Shown here piece by piece: positions 19,401-26,728 of a DNA stretch of 33,735 bases. The DNA comes from Candidatus Magasanikbacteria bacterium RIFOXYD12_FULL_33_17. Lineage in GTDB: Bacteria; Patescibacteriota; Patescibacteriia; Magasanikbacterales; UBA922. A program made the translations under genes and the position numbers. The notes beneath the pieces are model-generated. The model saw only the letters and a list, made by a program, of their open reading frames with translations, did not search any database and was not told the origin of the DNA. The stretch lies in assembly GCA_001783255.1 (NCBI GenBank), contig MFRB01000100.1, positions 14,653-48,387 of the forward strand, in the 5' to 3' direction. Every line of letters starts with the position of its first letter. The first letter of the stretch is position 1.

Positions 19401-19657
19401 TCAAAAGTCCAATCATATCCAGCGATAGAAACAGATGAATCAGAATATAAATCATTCCAAGCATTATCTTTTATAGCTCTAATAGACTCTACTGCTTGCT
19501 GTGCCAAAGCTTCTGCACCTGATTGTTTGCTACCTTGTACCAAAGAACCAATATTACCAACAGAAGTACCAGCAATAGCCGAAGCCATCAACGCAAAAAT
19601 AGCCATAGCCAGAATAATCCCTAAAATACTTTGCCCCTTTGTGTTGACAACAAACAT
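13478..19657 (-). CDS. Giant (2059 aa) pilin-headed multi-domain surface protein; candidate pilus-associated adhesin
   Basis: The N-terminus MFVVNTKG|QSILGIILAMAIFALMASAIAG is class-III-signal-like and has no Glu+5. A small pilin-like domain follows (to about nt 19150). The rest comprises two arrays of repeats of about 55-60 aa, four modules of about 85 aa with YYQLS[DN]x(D)GxxW, a LamG/ConA-like domain (NLWHFDETSGTLVDSVGG...DVWNHLAITYDG...YEIDELRFSN), a Gly-rich linker (GAGGSGAGSGGG, about 13808-13867) and a 109-aa C-terminal domain (13481-13807). Confidence 0.85.
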   Translation of the reverse strand: MFVVNTKGQSILGIILAMAIFALMASAIAGTSVGNIGSLVQGSKQSGAEALAQQAVESIRAIKDNAWNDLYSDSSVSIAGYDWTFDGTNIQTIGDYTRTVTFSNVCRNSNTNAIEDCATGINDLQSKKVNVAVSWEVRPGVTNSVDREFYLTNWDSREWTQTDWSSGPGQSVLSDTAGYDSDDENIDYSTAGEVKILEMAGQVASCMNTGWSFTTSTDYIYDNAQIEVADGTAHLTETGTAEINGLGDAFLASDITNGYTYNTPTNLFGSVYAVAYYEYVSPYPGRLKIYSMDELGNIQASSILNLQANQPSNAKIKHVYGDVYAVFYSGQYINGSGVSNYSVGFIETFSVDSLGNAVLISSSMYNGEIPNSYFNDVQQMSPGLFGVFFTGDLTAGTGLTYANLKMFNIDNSGNITDTGKYLQYGGGAGYSFGNQKIFQRSASRYLIFYSQYNTTNWISTSYAKIIDVDSLGNITQPFDASEMVGITDVYGLSQKNDNIFYAYSYTGGVAGGENGSVIIKTISVDNSGSVSNIDTLSALTDYTYPYPQSVTNISGDNYLMLVGGTLYDVNWNNLGAGAYLNSFSIDNNGNISNDFLDSYQYSSGNLGYAGSILNIGQNLYVLNYTGSASISDYNYKGYLVTFIFDSAGNINLTGNSLNYLDGSSNSSSLVHTSGDFYTIFYADNNTQQGVFDLVTIVSDGTISAILDTFVFSGSSMSIINGSLVSTNKYLNFVYTTYSGGYQFTVASLSYTYYGQLYTDQVQTISSAQPLQFTETGVLKDFTEAATKGDTGEIYYQLSNDNGDNWLYWNGSSWATSTLSTDYNLAVDIDTHIAEFPTSTRLMSFKAFMVGEGYQNIALDSIGVNCKEEIDESYTNSSDYSYNNEKIEFSGGQVGLKTGLATFNYVWTFDDYAKYYYDPLYISVSGGKASMIYYTPTDTFTYNYTTSTNYVYNNSLVEFESSNAKLKNIGNPIGDLPTTYIQNQYVGSSYYAPNSQSITNIRNNIYLVAYSYSTGSGGAYFHLKTRSISDTGVIGTSDLSYINVGQIYSSGSKYTSSEDFDVVKLSDGYFAVIYTTYSPTYSYVTTYSVSVSGVIAQVNSYRFYTSVLYGGGIIKLDGSTDKYAITYGTTSVVVYTYTISETGIINTSYIDYFNYAESPGYNMHKYMIHVSGDIYAIAYDYLNYNSTSVNHGSVITLKIENTGNIVSTTKIDLKTYGNNCYTTYSYARHTRMVRISDNHFALVHPDKYCSSGSNTAYRDGYLKTFEVDTVGNLTQIQSAYFASWAAFAPSIYSIGNDTYLITGDYINSYGKLYTYHISPGGIINTTLIDSYQFGSYYGLVPDVVQVKDNIFAIASDQSSNYMGYTYVATFNINTVATYSTEKPSVKSSLWVDSSVDSWDGFTETASKNGGEIYYQLSNNGTSWYYWDSVSSTWSLATTSTESNTASVVNTNISSFTTTTNSIAVKAFLSSDSTQKVALDNIDIPITRTVSGYSIQFPSINPTSTQSLYIPNINSWRGLSANVNTIYPGDVYYQLSDDDGATWQYWNGSIWEVINDINDYNSINVVNDHISSFPTSTGKFTFKALLKSDSIKQVEVDDVTLAYTPEPEDEHTTNLWHFDETSGTLVDSVGGLNMTPNTPPGVFGSIGKFDNSFKVNSGQNIGGVATNVDAPDLANNFTIDMWIKEHRIYNDSGYHTNYVFLGSGSYGNYNLRMDSYAGDRPMFHFYRPNDGATYYAWSSVSMPLDVWNHLAITYDGHYLRMFQNGVMTVQNLFNVTVGIHDSKFNFLATRYANDTMNQYEIDELRFSNIARWTSNFTPPSVPFAAGTSYDTTNPSVTSVSNKSHSASAFTSFEEVANKDGGQIYYQLSDNGSTWKYWNGTSWSTAGSTNYNTADIVNNNIASFSTTTGQISVKAILSSDGTQHVQLDDLKIFYDSGSDQAGAGGSGAGSGGGFATSTYFISSAFDMGDVSPAQYLEWDEDLTACTDCSIKIQVSTAPDNGGVPGTWTPWYGVTGADAYFVDYFGSIVPNYLNGRRFVRYRVELLGDGTSTPVFKEMRINYK

Positions 19658-19672
19658 AAATAAAAAAATTAA

Positions 19673-20161
19673 TTAATTTTTTTCAACCATACCAAAACTA
19701 TTGACACTAATATTTTTTTGACCAGTAATACTATGAGACAAAATTAGTGAACCAGTATTATTTGGCAAACCAAGTCCACCTTTTGTAAAATTAATATCAA
19801 TATTATTATTTGAAAGTGTAAAAGAACTATTGCTAATAGCCAAAACACTTTTCAATTCAGTAGTTTGATCATAATCCTGATTTCTGGCAGTATAAGAATC
19901 GCCTTGATAAAAAATAAAAGAATCAACACCACTATTATTTATTACAAAGTAAACACCATGTGCAGAATCATTATAACCAACAAGAGACTGCCCTCTAGCA
20001 GTCCTCAATATTTGTACAATATCAGCCGAACTATCTAATAATTGTAATTTACCTTGAAAATTACCATAAACAGGAACAGCTGCAGCAACAATAATAGAAG
20101 TAATAGCCAAAACTACAATCAACTCATACAAAGTAAAGCCCTTACTATTTTTGAAAAACAT
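19673..20161 (-). CDS. Minor pilin with a prepilin-type N-terminal motif (GspH/FimT-like)
   Basis: 162 aa. MFFKNSKG|FTLYELIVVLAITSIIVAAAV has Glu+5. The following DSSADIVQILRTARGQSLV resembles the GspH/FimT layout. The subtype is tentative. Confidence 0.75.
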   Translation of the reverse strand: MFFKNSKGFTLYELIVVLAITSIIVAAAVPVYGNFQGKLQLLDSSADIVQILRTARGQSLVGYNDSAHGVYFVINNSGVDSFIFYQGDSYTARNQDYDQTTELKSVLAISNSSFTLSNNNIDINFTKGGLGLPNNTGSLILSHSITGQKNISVNSFGMVEKN

Positions 20162-20177
20162 AATTATATCAAAATTT

Positions 20178-21263
20178 CTAATTGGAGATATTTCCTGTAA
20201 TATTGTAAATAGGTGTAATAATAGATATAGCTAAAAATCCCACAACAACGCCTATAAACAAAAGTAATATTGGCTCCAAAGCTGTAGACAAATTTTTGGT
20301 AGAATTATCCACTTCTTCCTCGTAAAATTCTGAAATATACAAAAGTGTATCTTCAATCTTACCAGCTTCTTCACCCACATAAACCAAACGAGAAACCATC
20401 TTTGGGAAAAGATTCTTATGATTTTTTAAACTTTCAGAAACTTTGACACCTTTTTTGATACGCAAAGATATATCACGAATAGCTTTTTTATAATAATAAT
20501 TTTCCAAAGACTTTTCAGTAACACTCAAAGCTTCATCAATACTAAGTCCACTACGCAATAGACTACCAAAAATACGAGAAAAGCGTGCTAAGTTGGAATT
20601 ACGTACAATATTTTTTATAATAGGAAAATGTAAAAGAATCCAGTGTGTTACAGGATGAGAAATTTTTTGTTTAACCAAAAAGATAACAAAAGTAACCACA
20701 ACGATTATCAACCAAAACAAAATCTGTTGATAATCATTTACAAAATTAGAAAAATCGATAAGCAAACGTGTACTCAAAGGCAAATCCATTTTTAATCCCT
20801 CAAACAAGGGTATTATTTTAGGCAAAATCAAAAAAGACATAGCCATAGCCAAAACAAAAGAAGCTACCAAAACTATGATAGGATAAAACATGGCTCCTTT
20901 AATTTTGTCCAATAATTGTTTTTCTTTTTTGAGTGTTTCTGACAAATTTTCTAAATTTTCTCCTAAAGTACCAGATTTTTCACCAGCATAAATAGAACTA
21001 ATAAAAATACCCGAAAAAACATTTGGATGTCTAGCAAAAGATTCAGCTAAAGTATTACCAGATTTTACAGAAATTAAAATATCTTCCAATATTCTTTTAA
21101 GTCTGCTTTGTGTAGATTCAATCATTATTGATAAAGACTCGACAATATCAATACCAGCTTTTTGCATCACAGCTAGATTTTTTGCCAACAAAGATTTTTG
21201 ATTCAAACTTATAAAACCAATAGAAAAATCTTTTTTAAAAAAATCAGTATTAAATTTTGACAT
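20178..21263 (-). CDS. pilC: Type IV pilus platform protein PilC (GspF family)
   Basis: 361 aa with two GspF-type repeats (LAKNLAVMQKAGIDIVESLS...; LARFSRIFGSLLRSGLSIDEALS...) and three TM segments, including the C-terminal PILLLFIGVVVGFLAISIITPIY. It sits immediately downstream of the ATPase gene. Confidence 0.9.
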   Translation of the reverse strand: MSKFNTDFFKKDFSIGFISLNQKSLLAKNLAVMQKAGIDIVESLSIMIESTQSRLKRILEDILISVKSGNTLAESFARHPNVFSGIFISSIYAGEKSGTLGENLENLSETLKKEKQLLDKIKGAMFYPIIVLVASFVLAMAMSFLILPKIIPLFEGLKMDLPLSTRLLIDFSNFVNDYQQILFWLIIVVVTFVIFLVKQKISHPVTHWILLHFPIIKNIVRNSNLARFSRIFGSLLRSGLSIDEALSVTEKSLENYYYKKAIRDISLRIKKGVKVSESLKNHKNLFPKMVSRLVYVGEEAGKIEDTLLYISEFYEEEVDNSTKNLSTALEPILLLFIGVVVGFLAISIITPIYNITGNISN

Positions 21264-21302
21264 ATATAGATAATTAACAAAACGCTTTAGAAAATAATAA
21301 AC

Positions 21303-23009
21303 TTACAACTGAGTTACTCTCATCACTTCTTGAATAGTTGTTACCCCATTCAAAACTTTTTCAATTCCATCGTAAAGCATAGTTGTCATACCTTCTTCTT
21401 TGGCTTTTTTTAAAATTTCATCACTAGAAGCATGTGTCAAAATTAAATTACGAATACTCTCATTTACTTCTAATATTTCAAAAATACCAAAACGGTCATT
21501 GTAGCCAGTATTATTACAAACTTTACAACCAACACCTTTATAAATTCTAGAAGTACTAAAATCTTTAACATTCAAATCCGCTAAAATATGTTTGAAATCT
21601 GCATTTTCAGACAAAATAGCCATTTCTTCTTTGGTCAATTTGTAAGAAGTACGACAATGATTACAAATTTTACGTACAAGTCTCTGAGCAATTACTAAAT
21701 TGATAGTAGAAGAAACTAAAAAAGGCTGAATACCCATATCCAAAAGACGAGGCAACGCTGTGACAGCATCATTGGTATGCAAAGTAGACAATACAAGATG
21801 ACCTGTCAAGGCAGAGTTGATAGCAATATCAGCTGTCTCAGCATCACGAATTTCACCAACCATCAAAATATCCGGATCTTGACGAACCAAAGCACGCAAA
21901 CCTTTGGCAAATGTAAGATTTGTTTTAGGATTAACTTGAATCTGTGTTACACCTTCAATATCATATTCTACAGGATCTTCAATAGTAGCCATGTTTATTT
22001 CACGTTTATTCAAAAGTTTCAAAATAGAATATAAACTAGTTGTTTTGCCACTACCAGTTGGACCTGTAACCAAAACCATGCCGTGTGGATTTTTGATAGC
22101 TTTCTTTATTTTTTTCAAATTATCATCAGATAAACCCAAATCAATCAAACCTAATTGTTTATTCTTTGGATACAACAAACGCATTACAATATTTTCGCCA
22201 TAAGTGATAGGAACAATAGAAATACGTACATCCAACCAATTGTCATTTATAAGATAGCGCATTTTACCATCTTGCGCAGCAAAATGAATATCTGTAGCCA
22301 TCTTAGATAAGATTTTGATACGAGTCAAAATAAAACTCAAAAAATCTCTAGGCGCCTTATCTTTTTCGACAACAAAAACATCATGCATCACACCATCAAT
22401 ACGGAAACGAAAAGTTATTCTATCTACTTGTGGTGTAATATGGATATCTGAAGCACGATTTTCATAACCATATTTCAAAACCATATCCACAAATTCTACT
22501 ACAATATCATCTTTTTCTTCATTACTTAATCTAGAATTGTTAAGACTTTTTAAAATTTTTGTTACATCAGAATCAATATCAGAACCATAAACAGATAAAG
22601 CTTTTTCCAAATCATCATCATCTATATAATATACTTTTACAACCTGCCCAATTTTTTTCTCAATAAAATTTTTACTTTCTAAGTCTTTTGGATTCTGCAT
22701 ACCAAGTTTCACACCCTCAACATCTGAACTAATAGCAACCACGCCTTTATTACGTGCTACTATTTCTGGTATTAATTTGACAATATTTGGATCTAATTTT
22801 TCATTTGTCAAATTGATATATGGTACAGCAAAATATTCAGCAACAGCTTGTCCAATAATATCTTTACTCAAAACATTTTCCACAAAAAAATACTCCATCA
22901 AACTAGTGTTGTGTGATTTTGCATATTTTTTTGCATTGTTAAAGTCTTTTTCTTCAAGATAACCTTGATCAAGTAAAATTTCTTTTAATTGTTGCTCAGT
23001 AAATTGCAT
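21303..23009 (-). CDS. pilB: Type IV pilus assembly ATPase PilB (GspE family)
   Basis: 568 aa. Walker A is VTGPTGSGKTT. The Asp box and Walker B are RQDPDILMVGEIRD. The His box is GHLVLSTLHTN. The tetra-Cys zinc motif is CNHC...GCKVCNNTGY. An N-terminal GSPII_E_N-like domain is present. Confidence 0.95.
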   Translation of the reverse strand: MQFTEQQLKEILLDQGYLEEKDFNNAKKYAKSHNTSLMEYFFVENVLSKDIIGQAVAEYFAVPYINLTNEKLDPNIVKLIPEIVARNKGVVAISSDVEGVKLGMQNPKDLESKNFIEKKIGQVVKVYYIDDDDLEKALSVYGSDIDSDVTKILKSLNNSRLSNEEKDDIVVEFVDMVLKYGYENRASDIHITPQVDRITFRFRIDGVMHDVFVVEKDKAPRDFLSFILTRIKILSKMATDIHFAAQDGKMRYLINDNWLDVRISIVPITYGENIVMRLLYPKNKQLGLIDLGLSDDNLKKIKKAIKNPHGMVLVTGPTGSGKTTSLYSILKLLNKREINMATIEDPVEYDIEGVTQIQVNPKTNLTFAKGLRALVRQDPDILMVGEIRDAETADIAINSALTGHLVLSTLHTNDAVTALPRLLDMGIQPFLVSSTINLVIAQRLVRKICNHCRTSYKLTKEEMAILSENADFKHILADLNVKDFSTSRIYKGVGCKVCNNTGYNDRFGIFEILEVNESIRNLILTHASSDEILKKAKEEGMTTMLYDGIEKVLNGVTTIQEVMRVTQL

Positions 23010-23017
23010 AAATAATG

Positions 23018-23386
23018 TTAAATTCCTAAAACTTTTTTAATATGGTCCACTACTTCAGCAATAGTGGTGTCTGATTTTACGAAATAATCTTTGGCTCCCA
23101 AACCAAGAGCTTTTTCAATGTCTTCTTTTTGATTAAGATTGGTAGATACGATTACAGGTACTTTTATTTTACTTTCTTTCATATCTGTCAAAACCGAAAA
23201 ACCATCTTTATTAGGCATCATCAAATCTAATAATAATAAATCATATTTATTAGCAACCAACTCCTTTAGAGCGCTTACACCATCAAATACTACTACCGTT
23301 TCAAATCCAGCTTTGTTAAGCTTAATTTCCAAAGCACGAGCCATTGGCTTTTCGTCTTCGGCAATCAAAATTTTCTTTTCAGCCAT
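23018..23386 (-). CDS. Stand-alone REC-domain response regulator (CheY/PilH-like), first gene of the pilus operon
   Basis: 122 aa. Motifs are KILIAEDEKPMA, DLLLLDLMMPNKDG, VIVSTNL and GAKDYFVK. No output domain is present. Confidence 0.9.
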   Translation of the reverse strand: MAEKKILIAEDEKPMARALEIKLNKAGFETVVVFDGVSALKELVANKYDLLLLDLMMPNKDGFSVLTDMKESKIKVPVIVSTNLNQKEDIEKALGLGAKDYFVKSDTTIAEVVDHIKKVLGI

Positions 23387-23416
23387 ATATTTTTATTAGT
23401 TAAAAAATCTGAGCTT

Positions 23417-23445
23417 ATTATACCATTTTTTTAAAAAAACGTGAA
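23417..23445 (-). promoter_or_regulatory. Candidate sigma70-type promoter of the pilus operon (extended -10)
   Basis: The minus strand reads TTCACG-17 nt-TATAAT with TGG immediately upstream of the -10 (TGnTATAAT). The -10 is at 23417-23422 and the -35 is at 23440-23445. It lies about 30 nt upstream of the REC gene ATG. Confidence 0.5.
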
Positions 23446-23597
23446 ATGTTTATCCCCTAGAAATTTATCAACCTAACAATCAATCACTTTAACACTTTAT
23501 TACTTCCTCAGATAATCACTTTTACTACCAACAATAACAACCTAAACCTTAATCAAAATCTATTATAAAATAACCAGTCTAATTTAGACATTTACAC

Positions 23598-23626
23598 AAA
23601 AAAAAACCGATCACGTGATCGGTTTT
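23598..23626 (-). terminator. Rho-independent terminator closing the glycosyltransferase operon
   Basis: A perfect palindrome accgatcac/gtgatcggt (23606-23623) is followed on the minus-strand RNA by a run of 9-10 U. It lies about 30 nt downstream of the GT stop at 23658. Confidence 0.8.
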
Positions 23627-23657
23627 GATTCATTTTTTATCAACTATGAACTAATAT

Positions 23658-24767
23658 TTAAAGATTAAGATAAATATCTTTTGTCTCATTGGCTAATTTC
23701 TCCCAAGAAAACCTCTTCAAATTTTCTCTAGCTTGATATTTCAATTCACTTCTAATATTTTCGTCTGTCAAAATAGTATATAAGACATCTGCCATTTGGG
23801 CTTTATTGTGAGGGTCAAAATACATAGCCCCTTCTCCCAAAACTTCTGGCAAGCAACTAGCCGAAGAAGCCGCGACTGGTAAAGCATAAAGACTAGCCTC
23901 AAGTGGAGGTAACCCAAAACCTTCATAAAGTGAAGGAAAAACAAAAACACTGGCTTTTTTGTAAAGATTCACTAAATCACTATCCTCTACTAAACCTGTA
24001 AAAATTACATTTTTTAAGTCAACAAACTTACTTTTCAAATTTTGATAATAATAATTATCTTTACCCACTAATACTAAATCATAATCATGGCTCTTTTCTT
24101 CATTAAATATTTGCCAACTTGCTAAAAGATTATCTAGATTCTTATGAGGATAAGCTGCCCCAACATACAACACAAACTTTTTATCAATTTTAAATTTTTC
24201 CAAAACATTAGCAATATTTTCTTTTAAATTATTATTTACAAAAGGAGCTTGATAAGTAACCACTACTTTAGTTCTAGCTACTCCCAAAGTTTGGACAATA
24301 TCATCAGCTGTAAATTCACTCGTTGTAATAATGTATTTAGCTTTTTTGACTAAATGCTTTATCAAAGTACGATGAGCCTTGTCCTTTACCCAAAATTTCA
24401 AATGCCCCAAAGTACTAGTCTCTGGTCTAGCATAGTGATACATGGTCAAATCATGAATAGTAACAACAAACTTTCCATCATAAAAATAAGGTACATTCCA
24501 ATGAGGAAAATGCATTAGATCTACTGGATTTTTTTGTAAAATACTCAAAAATTCACTTTGCTCACCCAAAGTATACCAAGGTATATCTGCCAAAACTTTT
24601 TCAAAATTATTATTTTCAATTTCTACCTCATCAAAATTTTCTTGACGCAAAAAAATCAAATATTGATTTTCTTTATCAATCTTTTGCAAATGTAAAACCA
24701 GTTGTTGAACATAACGCCCAATACCAAAATTGGAACTAAGCATTCTAGCGTCTATACCTATTTTCAT
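23658..24767 (-). CDS. Glycosyltransferase, family 4 (GT-B fold)
   Basis: 369 aa. The N-terminus is MKIGIDARML..GIGRY, and the C-terminal half carries FVFPSLYEGFGLPPLEA, the E-x7-E region typical of GT4 enzymes. Confidence 0.85.
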   Translation of the reverse strand: MKIGIDARMLSSNFGIGRYVQQLVLHLQKIDKENQYLIFLRQENFDEVEIENNNFEKVLADIPWYTLGEQSEFLSILQKNPVDLMHFPHWNVPYFYDGKFVVTIHDLTMYHYARPETSTLGHLKFWVKDKAHRTLIKHLVKKAKYIITTSEFTADDIVQTLGVARTKVVVTYQAPFVNNNLKENIANVLEKFKIDKKFVLYVGAAYPHKNLDNLLASWQIFNEEKSHDYDLVLVGKDNYYYQNLKSKFVDLKNVIFTGLVEDSDLVNLYKKASVFVFPSLYEGFGLPPLEASLYALPVAASSASCLPEVLGEGAMYFDPHNKAQMADVLYTILTDENIRSELKYQARENLKRFSWEKLANETKDIYLNL

Positions 24768-24810
24768 ATATTCACTTCATCCTGAATCGGCGGTTAAGCA
24801 GAGAAGGATC

Positions 24811-24830
24811 CCTGCCTGCCGGCAGGCAGG
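24811..24830. repeat. 20-nt perfect GC-rich palindrome (CCTGCCTGCC|GGCAGGCAGG); a REP-like candidate
   Basis: It was read directly from the sequence. It sits in a GC-rich island of about 55 nt (24775-24830), 97 nt downstream of the RAYT-like gene stop, within an otherwise AT-rich spacer. Confidence 0.7.
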
Positions 24831-24926
24831 TTTCTTAAAATAATCTTATTAGAAAATAATTACGTTAATTGATTCCACTTACCATTTTTAAAATAAGTAA
24901 AATCACACTACAATTATACTCCATAA

Positions 24927-25526
24927 TCAATCACCTAGGAATACTTCTTCAACAGGATATTTTATAAAGCACTCGTTTAATCCATCCATTCCAAAACGCT
25001 TAAACCAAGTTGAATTACTGGAATATTTGTAATGAAAAGACTTTTCTAAACTTGTAACTAGGCCATGCTTGAAAGGATTTTTTATTATATAATTGAAATG
25101 CTTCCAAAAGTCAGCTTTGTTTCTGATACAATAATCGAAGTATTGATACCAGATTTTGCGACCAGGAGTGTCATCTTGTTTATTAATTAATAAGCTTGTT
25201 ATAACATGTAGTCTTTTTATAAATTTTACCAACGTACTTTGATATGAAATATTATGATCAGATTTAGGAGTGGTGAACGTAAGTTCGCCCAGTGAACACA
25301 ATATATGATAATGATTATTTAATAAAAACCAACTATAGATTTTTATATTTAATTCTTTTTGTAAATTTTGCAATACTGAAACAAAGATATCCTTCTTTTG
25401 AGATGTACTAAAATATTTTTTACCTTCAAGACAACGCCCTATGATAAAATAATATGCTCCTTCTACATAAATATGATGTGGACGATTTATGTGTTCCTTA
25501 CCATGTTTAATACCATCATTATACAT
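24927..25526 (-). CDS. REP-associated tyrosine transposase-like protein (RAYT / IS200-type Y1 HUH family)
   Basis: I trimmed the track ORF to the ATG at 25524-25526 (MYNDGIKHGKEH...), which is preceded by a GGGGG Shine-Dalgarno-like run 6 nt upstream. The HUH motif is NNHYHIL. The C-terminal motif KIWYQYFDYCIRNKADFWKHFNYIIKNPFKHGLV matches the Y...IR...Y(I/V)..NP.K.GLV signature of RAYT/COG1943 proteins. Confidence 0.8.
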   Translation of the reverse strand: MYNDGIKHGKEHINRPHHIYVEGAYYFIIGRCLEGKKYFSTSQKKDIFVSVLQNLQKELNIKIYSWFLLNNHYHILCSLGELTFTTPKSDHNISYQSTLVKFIKRLHVITSLLINKQDDTPGRKIWYQYFDYCIRNKADFWKHFNYIIKNPFKHGLVTSLEKSFHYKYSSNSTWFKRFGMDGLNECFIKYPVEEVFLGD

Positions 25527-25582
25527 AATTAACCCCCTAATTATAAACTCAGCAAACTTACGTTTGCCACTCCTACAAAATA

Positions 25583-26728
25583 TCACTTCACCAACATCTC
25601 TAAAAATTCTCTAGCTGTTTTATCCCAATTGAATTTATCTTTTTGGGAGAAACAAACATTGTCTTTTTTATTTTTTATAACTTCTAGCAAAGAATTTTTT
25701 AATTCTATAATATTATGTGGATTAACCAACTTCACACCATCATCCACAATTTCTGACAAAGATGAACGGTTACTAGTAATAACAGGCACTTGCGAAATCA
25801 AAGCCTCCAAGACAGGAAAACCAAAACCTTCATACAAACTAGGATAAACAAATAGCTCAGCTAATTTGTAAAGAGCAGGTTTATCTTCAGCATCAACATA
25901 ACCAATATAATTGACTCCCCTAGTATTATCGATACTAGAGATTATTTTGTCATATTTCCAACCACGTGTACCAGCAATTACTAGATGTATCTTTTTATTT
26001 ATCAAATTTGATTTACGATAAGCATCTATAATAGACAAAATATTTTTACGAGGCTCAAGAGTACCTAAGAAAAAGATAAATTTCTCTGGTAAATTGTATT
26101 TACACTTTAATTTTTCTCTATCAATATTTTGTGACAAAAATTGTAAAAATTTTTTACTAATTCCTGGATACAAAACTTTGATAGAATTAGGATTAAGATG
26201 ATAGACATCTACTAAATCATTTTTGGTATTTTGCGATGGCGTAAAAACAAAATGAGCTTTGTGAACCTGTTGTCTAGTCTTGATAAGACTATGCCACAAT
26301 AACATTTTTTTACTAAAACAACTTGGTAAAAATTCAAAACTCAAATCATGCACAGTCAAAACATGTTTCGTATCTTTTGATAAATTGGTAAAATTAAAAT
26401 TTGGTGAAAACCAATAATCTAATCTATCTACTCTTGTGCTTGTTAATTTTTTATTTACCTGACTTTGCAATAATTTATCCAAATTAAAAATTTTTAATAA
26501 CAATAATATATTAAAGATCTTATTTGGAAATTTCGTAGCTACAAAATGAACATTCGCCTGTAGCCAATTTGGCAAACCATCTCTAACATCTTTGAAAGAA
26601 TTATAGAACAAAAAATAATTATTTTCTTTATCCAAAGCAAAAAGACTATCCAAAAGCTCATAAGTATACTCACCTACTCCTGTACGTTTTTTGTCAGTCA
26701 GACTACGGATGTCAATTGCAATATTCAT
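25583..26728 (-). CDS. Glycosyltransferase, family 4
   Basis: The track ORF begins at TTG (26809). I trimmed it to the ATG at 26726-26728 (MNIAIDIRSL..KRTGVGEY), which aligns with the N-terminus of the paralog at 23658-24767. The C-terminal motif is FVYPSLYEGFGFPVLEA. Confidence 0.85.
   Translation of the reverse strand: MNIAIDIRSLTDKKRTGVGEYTYELLDSLFALDKENNYFLFYNSFKDVRDGLPNWLQANVHFVATKFPNKIFNILLLLKIFNLDKLLQSQVNKKLTSTRVDRLDYWFSPNFNFTNLSKDTKHVLTVHDLSFEFLPSCFSKKMLLWHSLIKTRQQVHKAHFVFTPSQNTKNDLVDVYHLNPNSIKVLYPGISKKFLQFLSQNIDREKLKCKYNLPEKFIFFLGTLEPRKNILSIIDAYRKSNLINKKIHLVIAGTRGWKYDKIISSIDNTRGVNYIGYVDAEDKPALYKLAELFVYPSLYEGFGFPVLEALISQVPVITSNRSSLSEIVDDGVKLVNPHNIIELKNSLLEVIKNKKDNVCFSQKDKFNWDKTAREFLEMLVK

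Noticed and set aside
23446-23597. G-poor (about 5 G in 150 nt), C/A-rich plus-strand tract upstream of the pilus promoter, as a possible ncRNA or regulatory tract
   Set aside because: I found no conserved motif, hairpin or repeat structure beyond short caatcaatca/aacaataacaa runs. It is plausibly just an UP-element-like AT-rich spacer between a terminator and a promoter.
24811-24830. The GC-rich palindrome as a rho-independent terminator of the RAYT gene
   Set aside because: On the minus-strand RNA it is followed by GAUCCUUCUCUGC, so there is no U-tract. It is kept as a REP-like repeat instead.
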